The notes beneath the pieces are model-generated. The model saw only the letters and a list, made by a program, of their open reading frames with translations. It was not told the origin of the DNA and ran no database searches. This document shows, one piece after another, positions 23,889-32,000 of a DNA stretch of 32,000 nucleotides. The first letter of the stretch is position 1. Each line of letters starts with the position of its first letter. The translations under genes were made by a program, and so were the position numbers. This DNA comes from Geobacter sulfurreducens PCA (GTDB lineage: Bacteria; Desulfobacterota; Desulfuromonadia; Geobacterales; Geobacteraceae), in assembly GCF_000007985.2 (NCBI RefSeq), contig NC_002939.5, positions 3,780,001 to 3,812,000 of the forward strand, given 5' to 3'.

Positions 23889-24446
23889 TCAGAGGGAAAC
23901 CGGTGTGATTGAGCGCACCGAGATCTCCACGTTCAGCTCCTTCCTGATTTCTTCGAGCATGGCCGACACCTGGTCCACCGAGATCCCCTCCGGCAGCGCG
24001 GCCTCGATCATCATCACATAGACCGGTTCACCTTTTTTCCCTACCAACTTTGTGTTGAGGTCGGTGATATTGATGCTGCGCTCGGCCAGCTCCTTGGTCA
24101 CCCGGTAGACGATGCCCGGCTTGTCCGACCCGTAGACCGACAGCATGCAGATTTCCCCTTCGGGGGCGCGGTACTCGGCCTCGTCGGGGGTCATTGTACG
24201 GGCGGAGACGGTGAGGCCCATATCCTCGCCAAGCACCCGGAATTCTTCGAGCAGCCTGCTCTTGGTGAACGGCTTGGGGTGGGAGATGATGAGGATCATG
24301 GCGAACTCCCCTCCCAGCATGGTGGAGCTGGAGTCCTCGATGTTGCAGCCGAGTCGGTAGAGAATGCCGGTAGTCCCGGCGACGATGCCGGGCCGGTCCT
24401 TGCCGACGACGGAAAGGGCGAAGTGGACAACTGAATCCTTGGTCAT
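23889..24446 (-). CDS. Tandem ACT-domain protein (GcvR-like)
   Basis: From ATG 24446 (SD GGGAGG). Two repeats of the ACT pattern: VVGKDRPGIVAGTTGILYRLGCNIED and VYGSDKPGIVYRVTKELAERSINITD. Confidence 0.8.
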   Translation of the reverse strand: MTKDSVVHFALSVVGKDRPGIVAGTTGILYRLGCNIEDSSSTMLGGEFAMILIISHPKPFTKSRLLEEFRVLGEDMGLTVSARTMTPDEAEYRAPEGEICMLSVYGSDKPGIVYRVTKELAERSINITDLNTKLVGKKGEPVYVMMIEAALPEGISVDQVSAMLEEIRKELNVEISVRSITPVSL

Positions 24447-24502
24447 GGTGTGCCTCCCGGGGTCGATGCCCGGCAAAAGTGTCTGCCGATTTGGTTCATT
24501 AA

Positions 24503-24531
24503 TCTATAGCAGATGCGGGAGGCCATGGCAA
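24503..24531 (-). promoter_or_regulatory. Candidate sigma70 promoter for the ACT-def-permease unit
   Basis: Minus strand reads TTGCCA (24531..24526), 17-nt spacer, TATAGA (24508..24503), about 55 nt upstream of the ACT gene ATG. Confidence 0.4.
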
Positions 24532-24537
24532 GACCGG

Positions 24538-24840
24538 CTACCCGAGCCCCAGCCGCTCCCGGGCCGTCTCCACGAGGCAGTCGAAGACCATCTCGCGGCT
24601 TTCGATGAAGCGTGGCATGTCCTGGTGCATGATGTCTTCGAGCAGGTTAAGGACCCGGCCATCGCTGGAGCCCAGTTCGTTCATCACCGCTTCCATCATC
24701 GCCACAACTTCATAGAGGTCGTCCCGGTTGAAGGGGGACGGATCGGGCTTGCACCGGAACTTGGGCTGGTCGCGGTTGACCACGTCCTTGGGATATTTGT
24801 AAAAGAGGTCAGACGCCTTGAGCTTTACCGGCATGGCCAT
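24538..24840 (-). CDS. Hypothetical 100-aa protein, family not recognised
   Basis: From ATG 24840 (SD AAGGAGA): MAMPVKLKASDLFYKYPKDVVNRDQPKFRCKPDPSPFNRDDLYEVVAMMEAVMNEL.. Codon style is coding-like. No motif I can name. Confidence 0.6.
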   Translation of the reverse strand: MAMPVKLKASDLFYKYPKDVVNRDQPKFRCKPDPSPFNRDDLYEVVAMMEAVMNELGSSDGRVLNLLEDIMHQDMPRFIESREMVFDCLVETARERLGLG

Positions 24841-24888
24841 TGTTCTCCTTCCGCTTTGATCAATCCCGCGCGCACCACTGGCCACCGC

Positions 24889-25896
24889 TCAAGTGACGCA
24901 GACGAAATCCTCTCCCTCACGCAAGCCCGCCCTGCGGGCCCAGGCCCGAACTCCATCCCGCGCCCCCCGGGTTCCCACGGTAACGAGGATCTTTTCAGCG
25001 CCCGCCCTGACGTCATCCGGTGCCGTCACCGGCGCCCCGTGGAGGATTCGACCCTGTTTCCGCGGGTCCACGTCGAGCCATCGGCCCACCCGCACCCCCT
25101 CCCGCGCCAGGGCTCGTTGCCACGCCCTCCCCTCCAGCCCGGCCCCGGCCAGGGTGACGTTGTCCACACCCAGCAGGAACCCCTGACACAGGTGATGGAT
25201 CTTGCAGGCGCGGAAGGCATCGGCGGCATATTCCCCCATGGTGCGGGTCGCGCGCTCGGGGCGCTCCCGCCAGAAGAACAGCACCTCCGGCAGCCGCGTG
25301 AACCTGACCCCCCCGGCTGCAAGCCTCAGCCAGAGGTCGTAATCTTCTGCCCATCCGGTCTTCCGGTAGCCTCCGGCATCTGTCAGAGCCTGCCGGCGAG
25401 CCATGACACTCGGGTGGACGACCGGCGACTCCACAAAGCGGTCACGCATGATTTCCTCGTGAGTCAGCAGGCCGTTTTGCCACTCTTCATAGGCACGCAT
25501 GCCGAGTCCCACCGAGTGTCGGGGAAAGTGGCGAAACCGGGTGGCCACGAGTCCCAGGCCGGGATCCGCGTCAAGGGCAGCGGCCTGGCGTTCCAGCCTC
25601 TGCGGGTGGGATATGTCGTCACCGTCCATGCGGGCCACGAGTTCCGCACGGCAGTGGGCGAGGCCGTAATTCAGGGCATCTACCAGTCCCGCGCCCGCGT
25701 TGTTGAACACCCTCACCCGCCGGTCTCGGGCCGCGGCCACGCGCAACAGCTCCGGCGTGTCGTCGGTGGAGCCGTCGTCCACGACAATGAGTTCCCATGC
25801 CGTCAGGGACTGCCGGCACAGGGAGGCCAGGGCAGCGGGCAGGAAGCGCTCTTCGTTGCGGACCGGCATGAGAATCGACACGCGGGGTGCGCTCAC
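24889..25896 (-). CDS. Family 2 glycosyltransferase with a C-terminal extension
   Basis: 335 aa. VSILMPVRNEERFLPAALASLCRQS..ELIVVDDGSTDDT..ARMDGDDISHPQRLERQ are GT-A/GT2 signatures (DDGS, DxD-like DGDD). GTG start 25894..25896 overlaps the thioesterase stop (GTGA). Confidence 0.9.
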   Translation of the reverse strand: MSAPRVSILMPVRNEERFLPAALASLCRQSLTAWELIVVDDGSTDDTPELLRVAAARDRRVRVFNNAGAGLVDALNYGLAHCRAELVARMDGDDISHPQRLERQAAALDADPGLGLVATRFRHFPRHSVGLGMRAYEEWQNGLLTHEEIMRDRFVESPVVHPSVMARRQALTDAGGYRKTGWAEDYDLWLRLAAGGVRFTRLPEVLFFWRERPERATRTMGEYAADAFRACKIHHLCQGFLLGVDNVTLAGAGLEGRAWQRALAREGVRVGRWLDVDPRKQGRILHGAPVTAPDDVRAGAEKILVTVGTRGARDGVRAWARRAGLREGEDFVCVT

Positions 25897-26285
25897 GGCA
25901 TCTCCGGCATCAAGGCTTGGATCAGCTCGGCGGGGAGACGTTTGGGCTTCATCCCCGGCCCGACGCAGACGAGGGTCACCTTGCCCCCAACCAGCAGCTT
26001 GCCGTCCAGGCAGCGCACCACCTGCTGTCCCACGGTAAATGAGGTTTTGCCCACCTCAAGCACCTCGGTCTCAACCCGGACAAGATCGTCCAGCACTGCC
26101 GGGGCACGAAAGTCGATCTCCATCCGCACGACCGGAAAAATGCAGCCTCGGTCGGCCAGCTCCCGGACCGAAAGTCCGCGTTCCCGCAGGAACTCGCATC
26201 GTCCCCGCTCGAAAAAGCCCAGGTAGCGCGCATGATAGACTACGCCGCCGGCGTCGGTGTCCTCATAGTAGATACGGAATTCCAC
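25893..26285 (-). CDS. YbgC/4HBT-type acyl-CoA thioesterase
   Basis: 130 aa from GTG 26285 (SD GAGGAG): MEFRIYYEDTDAGGVVYHARYLGFFERGRCEFLRERG is the hot-dog-fold YbgC signature. Confidence 0.88.
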   Translation of the reverse strand: MEFRIYYEDTDAGGVVYHARYLGFFERGRCEFLRERGLSVRELADRGCIFPVVRMEIDFRAPAVLDDLVRVETEVLEVGKTSFTVGQQVVRCLDGKLLVGGKVTLVCVGPGMKPKRLPAELIQALMPEMP

Positions 26286-26300
26286 TCTGGCTCCTCACGA

Positions 26301-26328
26301 AAAAAAAGAGGCTGTGAGCCTCTTTTTA
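26301..26328. terminator. Strong intrinsic terminator after the lipoprotein gene
   Basis: Minus strand: AAAAAGAGGC-UCACA-GCCUCUUUUUUUU. It lies 20 nt after the lipoprotein stop and ends only 15 nt upstream of the thioesterase GTG. Confidence 0.8.
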
Positions 26329-26347
26329 ATGGCAGATGGGGCTGCGG

Positions 26348-27088
26348 TTACTTGAATCTCAACACCACGTTGGAGGTCACGCCGGTCTCACGCTCCCGCA
26401 GCTGCAGGCGCAATTCCTTTGCACTTCCGGCTTCGGCAGGGAAGAACAGGAAGCCGCTGGCAATGCTGTCTGCCGGCAGAGCTTTCCCCTCAAGCCCCTT
26501 GTTACGGATATCTTCGATAATGGTGCGCTCGCGCTCGCCCGACGTCCCTTCGGAAACACCGCCGGCAATGGCTCCGCCGGCTGCGCCGACGGCTGCCCCC
26601 TTGCCCACCGCCTCGGCAACGCTGTGCCCCGAGACGATGCCGATGGCCGCACCGAGAATCGCACCGCCGGCCGCACCGAGCAGTGCTCCCTTCCCAGCTC
26701 CCTTGCCGAAAAAGGAGGCGAACTGGGTCGACTTCTCGATTCGGTCAACGGCGGTCGTGTTGGGGATCACGGGGAAGTAGCGGTTCTGATCATTCACCAA
26801 AAAGGTCTGGCTGGAAACGATCTCAAGGCTTCTAGGACCCTTGTTGCTCATGACCACCTGCACCGGCATGACCCCGGTCCCGATCACGTCGAATCCGAAA
26901 GCGTCGGTGGCGGAGGCCGTGTCGGCAAAGGCCTCGCCGCCGATGGTCACGCCGTTCACCACCTGACTGTTTATGTAGTCCTCAGCGGGCCTAAACCCGA
27001 CATACTGGCTCCGATAGGAGGTGCAGGCCGTGAGGATGAGTGTCGGCAGCAGCACGGCAGCTATGATTTTGAGGATGCGAATTTTCAT
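26348..27088 (-). CDS. Lipoprotein with a central glycine-zipper region
   Basis: From ATG 27088: MKIRILKIIAAVLLPTLILTAC (lipobox L-T-A-C). Glycine-zipper segment GKGAGKGALLGAAGGAILGAAIGIVSG...GKGAAVGAAGGAIAGGV. Confidence 0.85.
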   Translation of the reverse strand: MKIRILKIIAAVLLPTLILTACTSYRSQYVGFRPAEDYINSQVVNGVTIGGEAFADTASATDAFGFDVIGTGVMPVQVVMSNKGPRSLEIVSSQTFLVNDQNRYFPVIPNTTAVDRIEKSTQFASFFGKGAGKGALLGAAGGAILGAAIGIVSGHSVAEAVGKGAAVGAAGGAIAGGVSEGTSGERERTIIEDIRNKGLEGKALPADSIASGFLFFPAEAGSAKELRLQLRERETGVTSNVVLRFK

Positions 27089-27379
27089 TATTTTAATCTC
27101 CCCTTTCCTCGACTGGCTAGCAGCGGGACTCCGCGGCACCTTACGGTTCACGGGCACCGCGTTTTAATGATATCACCTGCTGGTCGGCACGCAACAGCAG
27201 GGCTGACTGTACGGGAGGCGGGTCCATGGGCGAAAAACCCCGTGAAGGGCTGCAGAGGGGCGGCTTTCAAATTTTAGCTTTGAGCGGCTTTTAAGGGACC
27301 ACCAAGGCCGCCTCCTCCCCCGGCAGCAAAAACCGGCGAGAAGGCTGTTTCGCCCACCAGATTGTTAGATTGTGTAAAA

Positions 27380-28033
27380 TTAACAAAAACCAATCTCAAC
27401 CAGGGTGCGGGCGTCGCCTGAAAAGGGAAGGCGGTACTCTGTCACCCGGACAACAGTGAGGCCCATCTCCTCCAGGGCCCCGCGCGCGGCATCAGCCTCT
27501 TCCGCGCCCCCCCTCCCCTTCATGGCGATGATCGTCCCCTGGGGCATCAAAAGCGGCAGCGCCATTCTCGCAAAGGAGGGAATGTCACTGAAGGCGCGCG
27601 ATACGATCCGATTGAAGCGACGCTCGAGCATGCGAGGCAGATCCTCGCCCCTGGCGTGAATGGCCTCGAACCTCCGGCACCCCAGCAAACGGGCCGCGTG
27701 GCGCTGAAAGATGATCTTCTTTTCAACGGCGTCAACCGACACCGCTGTCATAGTCGGGAACACCAACGCCAGGGGCAAAACGGGAAAACCGCCACCAGAC
27801 CCCAGATCAAGCAGTTCGTCGTCACCGCTCACCAGCCGACACAAGGCCAGCGAGTCGACAAAGTGCTTCAGGGCGATCTCTTCGTCGCCGGTGATGGCTG
27901 TGAGGTTAATTTTCCGGTTCCACTTTTTCAGCTCGTCGGCAAAGAGGGAAAATAACGTGACCAGTTCGTCACTGATCTCGACACCCAGCTCGGCAGCACC
28001 TTCCTGCAGTATCCGGCAGGCCCGGCCGTTCAC
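27380..28033 (-). CDS. rsmG: 16S rRNA (guanine527-N7)-methyltransferase
   Basis: 217 aa. NLTAI..HFVDSL, LLDLGSGGGFPVLPLAL, GRGG.. are the GidB family pattern. GTG start overlaps the mnmG stop (GTGA). Confidence 0.92.
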   Translation of the reverse strand: MNGRACRILQEGAAELGVEISDELVTLFSLFADELKKWNRKINLTAITGDEEIALKHFVDSLALCRLVSGDDELLDLGSGGGFPVLPLALVFPTMTAVSVDAVEKKIIFQRHAARLLGCRRFEAIHARGEDLPRMLERRFNRIVSRAFSDIPSFARMALPLLMPQGTIIAMKGRGGAEEADAARGALEEMGLTVVRVTEYRLPFSGDARTLVEIGFC

Positions 28034-29913
28034 GACGACGCGCTCCTGGATTTGATGGCCACGGAAAGGATACCGACGGCGGCAGGGGTGACCCCCTGGA
28101 TGCGTGAGGCCTGCCCCAAGGTATCGGGGAGAAAGCGAAGGAGCTTTTCCCTCACCTCGGCGGAGAGACCGGGGATGACGGTGTAGTCCAGGTCGTCGGG
28201 GATACGGGTCCCTTCCAGCTTGCGCGCCCGCGCCACCTGGTCCAGCTGCCGCTCGATGTAGCCCTGATATTTGATCTGGATCTCCACCTGTTCCTTCACC
28301 GACGGCGGAACCATACCCGCAACCGGGTCAATCTGCGAAAGCTCTTCATAGGTGATGTCGGGCCGCCGCAAGAGCTGCTCAAACGTCAAAGCATTGCGCA
28401 GATCGGTCATGCCGTAGGTTTCGAGGAACGACGGATCCGCCTCGGACGGCAGGAGTTTCGCGGTGCGCAACCGTTCCAGCTCCGCACCGATCCGCTCACG
28501 TTTTTCCAGGAACAGCCGGTACTCCTCGTCCCGAACGAGACCAACAGCGTGGCCACGTTCCCGAAGGCGCAGGTCGGCGTTGTCCTCCCGCAGCAGCAAC
28601 CGGTATTCGGCCCGCGACGTGAACATCCGGTAGGGTTCGCGGGTCCCCAACGTTACCAGATCGTCGATCATGACCCCGATGTAGGCCTCGTCGCGGCCGA
28701 GCACCAGGGGCTCCTCACCCTGCACTCGCAACGCCGCGTTGATGCCCGCCATGAGCCCCTGCCCCGCCGCCTCCTCGTAGCCGGATGTGCCGTTGATCTG
28801 GCCGGCGTGATAGAGGTTGCGGATGAGCTTTGTTTCAAGTGACGTATGGAGTTGAATCGGATCCACGTAGTCGTACTCGATGGCGTAGGCCGGCCGCATG
28901 ATCTCAACGTTTTCCAGCCCCTCGATGGAGCGGTAGAGGCGATACTGGATATCGATGGGAAGAGAGGTGGAGAGGCCCGACGGATAGTATTCCACCGTAT
29001 CGCGCCCCTCTGGCTCAAGAAAACTCTGGTGGCGGTCCTTGTCCGGGAACCGCATGACCTTGTCCTCGATGGACGGGCAATACCGGGGACCAACCCCTTC
29101 AATAACGCCCGAATAGAGAGGTGAACGGTCAAGACCGCTCCGGATGATTTCGTGGGTACGTTCGTTGGTGTAAGCAATGTAGCAGGGAAGCTGGGGCCGA
29201 TCGATCCGTTCGGTAGAAAAGGAAAACGGCACTGGCGGATCATCTCCGTACTGGGGTTCCAACCGGGAAAAATCGATGGTGTTCCCGTCCAGGCGCGCCG
29301 GGGTTCCCGTCTTGAGGCGGCCGACCGTGAAGCCGAGATCGCGCAACTGGTCAGACAGCCCCACCGAAGGCAGGTCTCCCGCCCTGCCGCCCGGGTAGTT
29401 GGTGAGACCCACGTGGATCAGTCCGCGCATGAAGGTCCCGGTGGTGAGAATAACCGTTTTACCCAGAAAGCGAACCCCGACCTTGGTCACCACTCCCCGC
29501 ACCCGACCATCTTCAACCACGAGGCCCGTGACCTCACCCTGCTTGAGCGAGAGATGTTCCTGTTCCTCCATTACGTGCTTCATCCGGAGGCGATAGAGCT
29601 GCTTGTCAGCCTGGGCGCGGGAGGCCCGTACCGCAGGCCCCTTGCGGGTATTGAGAATGCGGTACTGGATGCCGGTGGCATCGATGTTCTTTCCCATCTC
29701 GCCGCCCAGCGCATCGATCTCCTTCACCAAGTGCCCCTTGGCGAGTCCGCCGATGGCCGGATTGCACGACATGAGGGCGATGGCATCCAGGTTGATGGTG
29801 AGAAGCAGGGTCTCGCATCCCATCCGCGCCGCGGCCAGGGCCGCCTCGCAGCCCGCATGGCCGGCTCCCGCCACGATGACGTCGTACTGCTTTTCGTAAT
29901 CAATGAGATTCAT
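28030..29913 (-). CDS. mnmG: tRNA uridine 5-carboxymethylaminomethyl modification enzyme MnmG (GidA)
   Basis: 627 aa. YDVIVAGAGHAGCEAALAAARMG, SCNPAIGGLAKGHLVKEIDALGG, GPRYCPSIEDK, AGQINGTSGYEEAAGQG. Confidence 0.98.
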   Translation of the reverse strand: MNLIDYEKQYDVIVAGAGHAGCEAALAAARMGCETLLLTINLDAIALMSCNPAIGGLAKGHLVKEIDALGGEMGKNIDATGIQYRILNTRKGPAVRASRAQADKQLYRLRMKHVMEEQEHLSLKQGEVTGLVVEDGRVRGVVTKVGVRFLGKTVILTTGTFMRGLIHVGLTNYPGGRAGDLPSVGLSDQLRDLGFTVGRLKTGTPARLDGNTIDFSRLEPQYGDDPPVPFSFSTERIDRPQLPCYIAYTNERTHEIIRSGLDRSPLYSGVIEGVGPRYCPSIEDKVMRFPDKDRHQSFLEPEGRDTVEYYPSGLSTSLPIDIQYRLYRSIEGLENVEIMRPAYAIEYDYVDPIQLHTSLETKLIRNLYHAGQINGTSGYEEAAGQGLMAGINAALRVQGEEPLVLGRDEAYIGVMIDDLVTLGTREPYRMFTSRAEYRLLLREDNADLRLRERGHAVGLVRDEEYRLFLEKRERIGAELERLRTAKLLPSEADPSFLETYGMTDLRNALTFEQLLRRPDITYEELSQIDPVAGMVPPSVKEQVEIQIKYQGYIERQLDQVARARKLEGTRIPDDLDYTVIPGLSAEVREKLLRFLPDTLGQASRIQGVTPAAVGILSVAIKSRSASS

Positions 29914-29960
29914 GACGTCCCGCCGCCTCCTTTCCCCTTCGTTTCACATCAGAGCTTCAA

Positions 29961-29973
29961 GGATACTGTATCC
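29961..29973. promoter_or_regulatory. Perfect 13-bp palindrome in the mnmE-mnmG spacer (candidate operator)
   Basis: GGATAC-T-GTATCC, about 50 nt upstream of the mnmG ATG. Confidence 0.35.
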
Positions 29974-30012
29974 CAGCTTTTTTATCACTACATTCGCAAT
30001 GTTACAGCAAAC

Positions 30013-30026
30013 GTTTCACGTGAAAC
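30013..30026. promoter_or_regulatory. Perfect 14-bp palindrome in the mnmE-mnmG spacer (candidate operator)
   Basis: GTTTCAC-GTGAAAC. A third GTTTCAC half-site lies at 29941..29947. Confidence 0.35.
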
Positions 30027-30119
30027 ATGATGCCGACATCGGACCAATTTTGAGCTGACCCCTACACCGTGTGGCACGGGGAACCCGCGTCAGCCATGCC
30101 CCTCACGTGGCGTTTCGGG

Positions 30120-31490
30120 TCACTTGCCAATGCAGAATCGGTCAAAAATGACGTCCAGGATGTCGTCCGGGGTTGTCTCACCCGTGACCTCACCGACAGC
30201 GGCCAGAGCGTCGCGCAACTCAACAGCCAGCAACTCAAGAGTGAACCCCGACGCAAGTCCCTGCTCGAACGCGGTCAAGTGCATCGTTGAACGGGACAGC
30301 AGATCGCGGTGACGAACCCGGGAGACAGCAACATACTCACGACTGTCAATAGCAGCTCCGTGAATAAAGGTCTGGAAAATTGACTCCTTCAGCTCATCAA
30401 TGCCGTCGCCTCGCGAGGTGGAAACCGTGACCCTAGGCATCAGGACAAGTTCATCGGGAATCTGCACGGCCCGCGGCAGATCGCATTTGTTCTCCACGAG
30501 AATGAGTCGCTTGCCGGCAAGGGCAGAAAGGATCATCCGGTCGTCCTCATCAAGAGGTCGCGAACCGTCGATCACCAGCAGTACCAGATCCGCCTCGGGG
30601 ATCTTTTCAAGGGTGAGGCGGACCCCTTCTTTTTCCACAATGTCTTCAGTGTCGCGAATACCGGCGGTATCGATCATCCGGAGCGGCAGACCGCGGATAT
30701 TGACCACCTCCTCGATAATGTCTCGGGTGGTGCCGGGTACCGAGGTGACGATGGCCCGCTTTTCCTGAAGAAGGGTATTCAGAAGACTAGACTTTCCCAC
30801 GTTCGGTTTGCCTGCGATAAGGACAGCCACCCCTTCTCGCAGGACCCGTCCCTCGTCAAATCCGGCAATTAGTTCTCCAACCGTTTCGGCGGCTTTCCTC
30901 ACATGGACCGTTAATGCATCCTGAGCAGCTGGGTCGATGTCGTCTTCGGGAAAGTCGATGAACGCTTCTACCAGTGCTAGAGCCTGACGCAACTCGGCCA
31001 TAACCGTGTCGAGCCGTTGGGATAGCCGACCCTGGCGCTGGTGCTGAGCCAAGGCAAGGGCAGCGTCGGTCTTGGCCCTGATCACGTCGATGACAGCCTC
31101 TGCCTGAACCAGATCGATGCGGCCATTGAGAAAGGCTCGACGGGTAAACTCACCGGGTTCTGCGAGACGCGCCCCGGCGGCAAGCACGAGTTCCAGGACG
31201 CGTCGGGTGACGAGATATCCCCCGTGGCACTGGATCTCCAGGACGTCTTCACGGGTGTAGGACCGTGGGCGTACCATGAGGACCGCCATTGCCTCGTCCA
31301 CGGCCTCGCCAGTGACAGCATCAACAACCGACCCATAATAAAAACGGTGACTTTCGAAGTCACCGTTGGAACCGCGCCTGAAAACGCGGCGGGCAATCGA
31401 GGGGGCGTCCGGTCCGCTAACGCGGACGATCCCGACCCCACCCTCCCCTGCCGCCGTGCTGATGGCGGCTATGGTATCTTCCACGTACAT
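30120..31490 (-). CDS. mnmE: tRNA modification GTPase MnmE (TrmE)
   Basis: 456 aa. DTIAAISTAAGEGGVGIVRVSG, GKPNVGKSSLLN, DTAGIR, NKCD, C-terminal FCIGK. Confidence 0.98.
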   Translation of the reverse strand: MYVEDTIAAISTAAGEGGVGIVRVSGPDAPSIARRVFRRGSNGDFESHRFYYGSVVDAVTGEAVDEAMAVLMVRPRSYTREDVLEIQCHGGYLVTRRVLELVLAAGARLAEPGEFTRRAFLNGRIDLVQAEAVIDVIRAKTDAALALAQHQRQGRLSQRLDTVMAELRQALALVEAFIDFPEDDIDPAAQDALTVHVRKAAETVGELIAGFDEGRVLREGVAVLIAGKPNVGKSSLLNTLLQEKRAIVTSVPGTTRDIIEEVVNIRGLPLRMIDTAGIRDTEDIVEKEGVRLTLEKIPEADLVLLVIDGSRPLDEDDRMILSALAGKRLILVENKCDLPRAVQIPDELVLMPRVTVSTSRGDGIDELKESIFQTFIHGAAIDSREYVAVSRVRHRDLLSRSTMHLTAFEQGLASGFTLELLAVELRDALAAVGEVTGETTPDDILDVIFDRFCIGK

Positions 31491-31496
31491 GGTCCG

Positions 31497-32000
31497 CTAC
31501 TTGGCCTCCGCCGTACTGATGCTGCGGTTGATGTAGTACTGCTGAATGATGGTAAGCACGTTGTTGACGAGCCAGTAAAGCACAAGGCCCGACGGGAAGT
31601 TGAGGAACATGAACGTAAAGACCACCGGCAGCGCCATCATCATCTTCTGCTGCACAGGATCCATTTGGGAAGGCGTCATCTTCTGCTGGATGACCATTGT
31701 CACACCCATGATGATGGGAGTCACGTAGTAGGGATCCTTGGCGGCCAGATCGGTGATCCAGAGCATGAAGGGCGCGTGGCGCAACTCAATGGAGAACATG
31801 AGCGCCTTGTAGAGCGCGAAGAAGACGGGAATCTGTACGAGCATGGGGAGACACCCGCCCACAGGGTTCACCTTATGGGTCTGGTACAGTTCCATCATGG
31901 CGCGGTTCATGGCCTCACGGTCATTCTTGTACTTTTCGCGCAACTGCTGCATCTTCGGCTGGAGCTTCTGCATCTCCTTCATGGACTTGTAGCTGGAGTG
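31497..32000 (-). CDS. yidC: Membrane protein insertase YidC, 3' part; the gene runs off the right edge
   Basis: The frame is open to the window end (..[64 protein letters not shown]). These are conserved YidC/Oxa1 C-terminal blocks. Confidence 0.95.
   Translation of the reverse strand, partial: HSSYKSMKEMQKLQPKMQQLREKYKNDREAMNRAMMELYQTHKVNPVGGCLPMLVQIPVFFALYKALMFSIELRHAPFMLWITDLAAKDPYYVTPIIMGVTMVIQQKMTPSQMDPVQQKMMMALPVVFTFMFLNFPSGLVLYWLVNNVLTIIQQYYINRSISTAEAK

Noticed and set aside
27226-27294. 22-codon plus-strand sORF (MGEKPREGLQRGGFQILALSGF) with GGGAGG 7 nt upstream, in the rsmG-lipoprotein spacer.
   Set aside because: It is very short with no recognisable features and no plus-strand promoter or terminator support, so it is likely chance. 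Ribo-seq would be needed before reporting it.
30072-30077. TGGCAC, a sigma54 -24-like element, in the mnmE-mnmG spacer on the plus strand.
   Set aside because: No TTGC-like -12 element at the right distance and no plus-strand gene downstream.
29914-30119. Possible oriC or DnaA-box cluster next to mnmG (gidA), as in some bacteria.
   Set aside because: No TTATCCACA-like 9-mers. The closest is TTATCACTA, with multiple mismatches, and there is no AT-rich repeated unwinding element.
1-32000. Scan for mobile elements, CRISPR arrays, tRNA/rRNA genes, prophage or defence-island content.
   Set aside because: No transposase-, integrase- or Cas-like translations in any frame of the ORF track, no regularly spaced repeats, and no cloverleaf-like intergenic segments noticed. 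The only repeat-like item is the 8-bp direct repeat flanking the hairpin at 208..257. A further GGTTCACGGG copy at 27145..27154 may be coincidence.

Overview
GC-rich, gene-dense bacterial chromosomal window. All of the roughly 31 confidently called CDS are on the minus strand. I recognised no tRNA or rRNA genes, CRISPR arrays, transposases or integrases. Gene content and order resemble a Geobacter/Desulfuromonadales-type deltaproteobacterium, but that is an inference I cannot verify here. In transcription order (right to left) the window holds: yidC (3' part) and mnmE; mnmG-rsmG, an origin-proximal housekeeping set; a glycine-zipper lipoprotein; thioesterase-GT2-small hypothetical; ACT protein-def-ABC-2 permease; a radical SAM/SPASM enzyme (AhbD/NirJ-like); hemE; slyX-alpha/beta hydrolase; a 400-bp non-coding island; gltB-like glutamate synthase-ferredoxin-divergent acetate kinase paralogue-bcp-thioredoxin 2; and a complex I locus, nuoA-nuoBCD(fused)-nuoE-[DUF488]-nuoF-[membrane protein]-nuoG-[YjdM/PhnA]-[PAS-GAF histidine kinase]-nuoH-[ankyrin]-nuoI (5' part). 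Three things stand out. (1) The thioredoxin-2 gene is split in the ORF track only by an in-frame TGA at the first active-site Cys (W-U-P-H-C), followed at once by a SECIS-like hairpin, so it is a candidate selenoprotein. (2) The nuo locus is interleaved with five non-nuo genes, three of them joined to nuo genes by start/stop overlaps or a 3-nt spacer. (3) The island at 18.6-19.05 kb carries a plus-strand promoter, a structured ~180-nt GGA-rich RNA and a strong terminator, which together make a candidate sRNA convergent with the hydrolase gene. All long plus-strand ORFs in the track are judged antisense shadow ORFs of this high-GC sequence.
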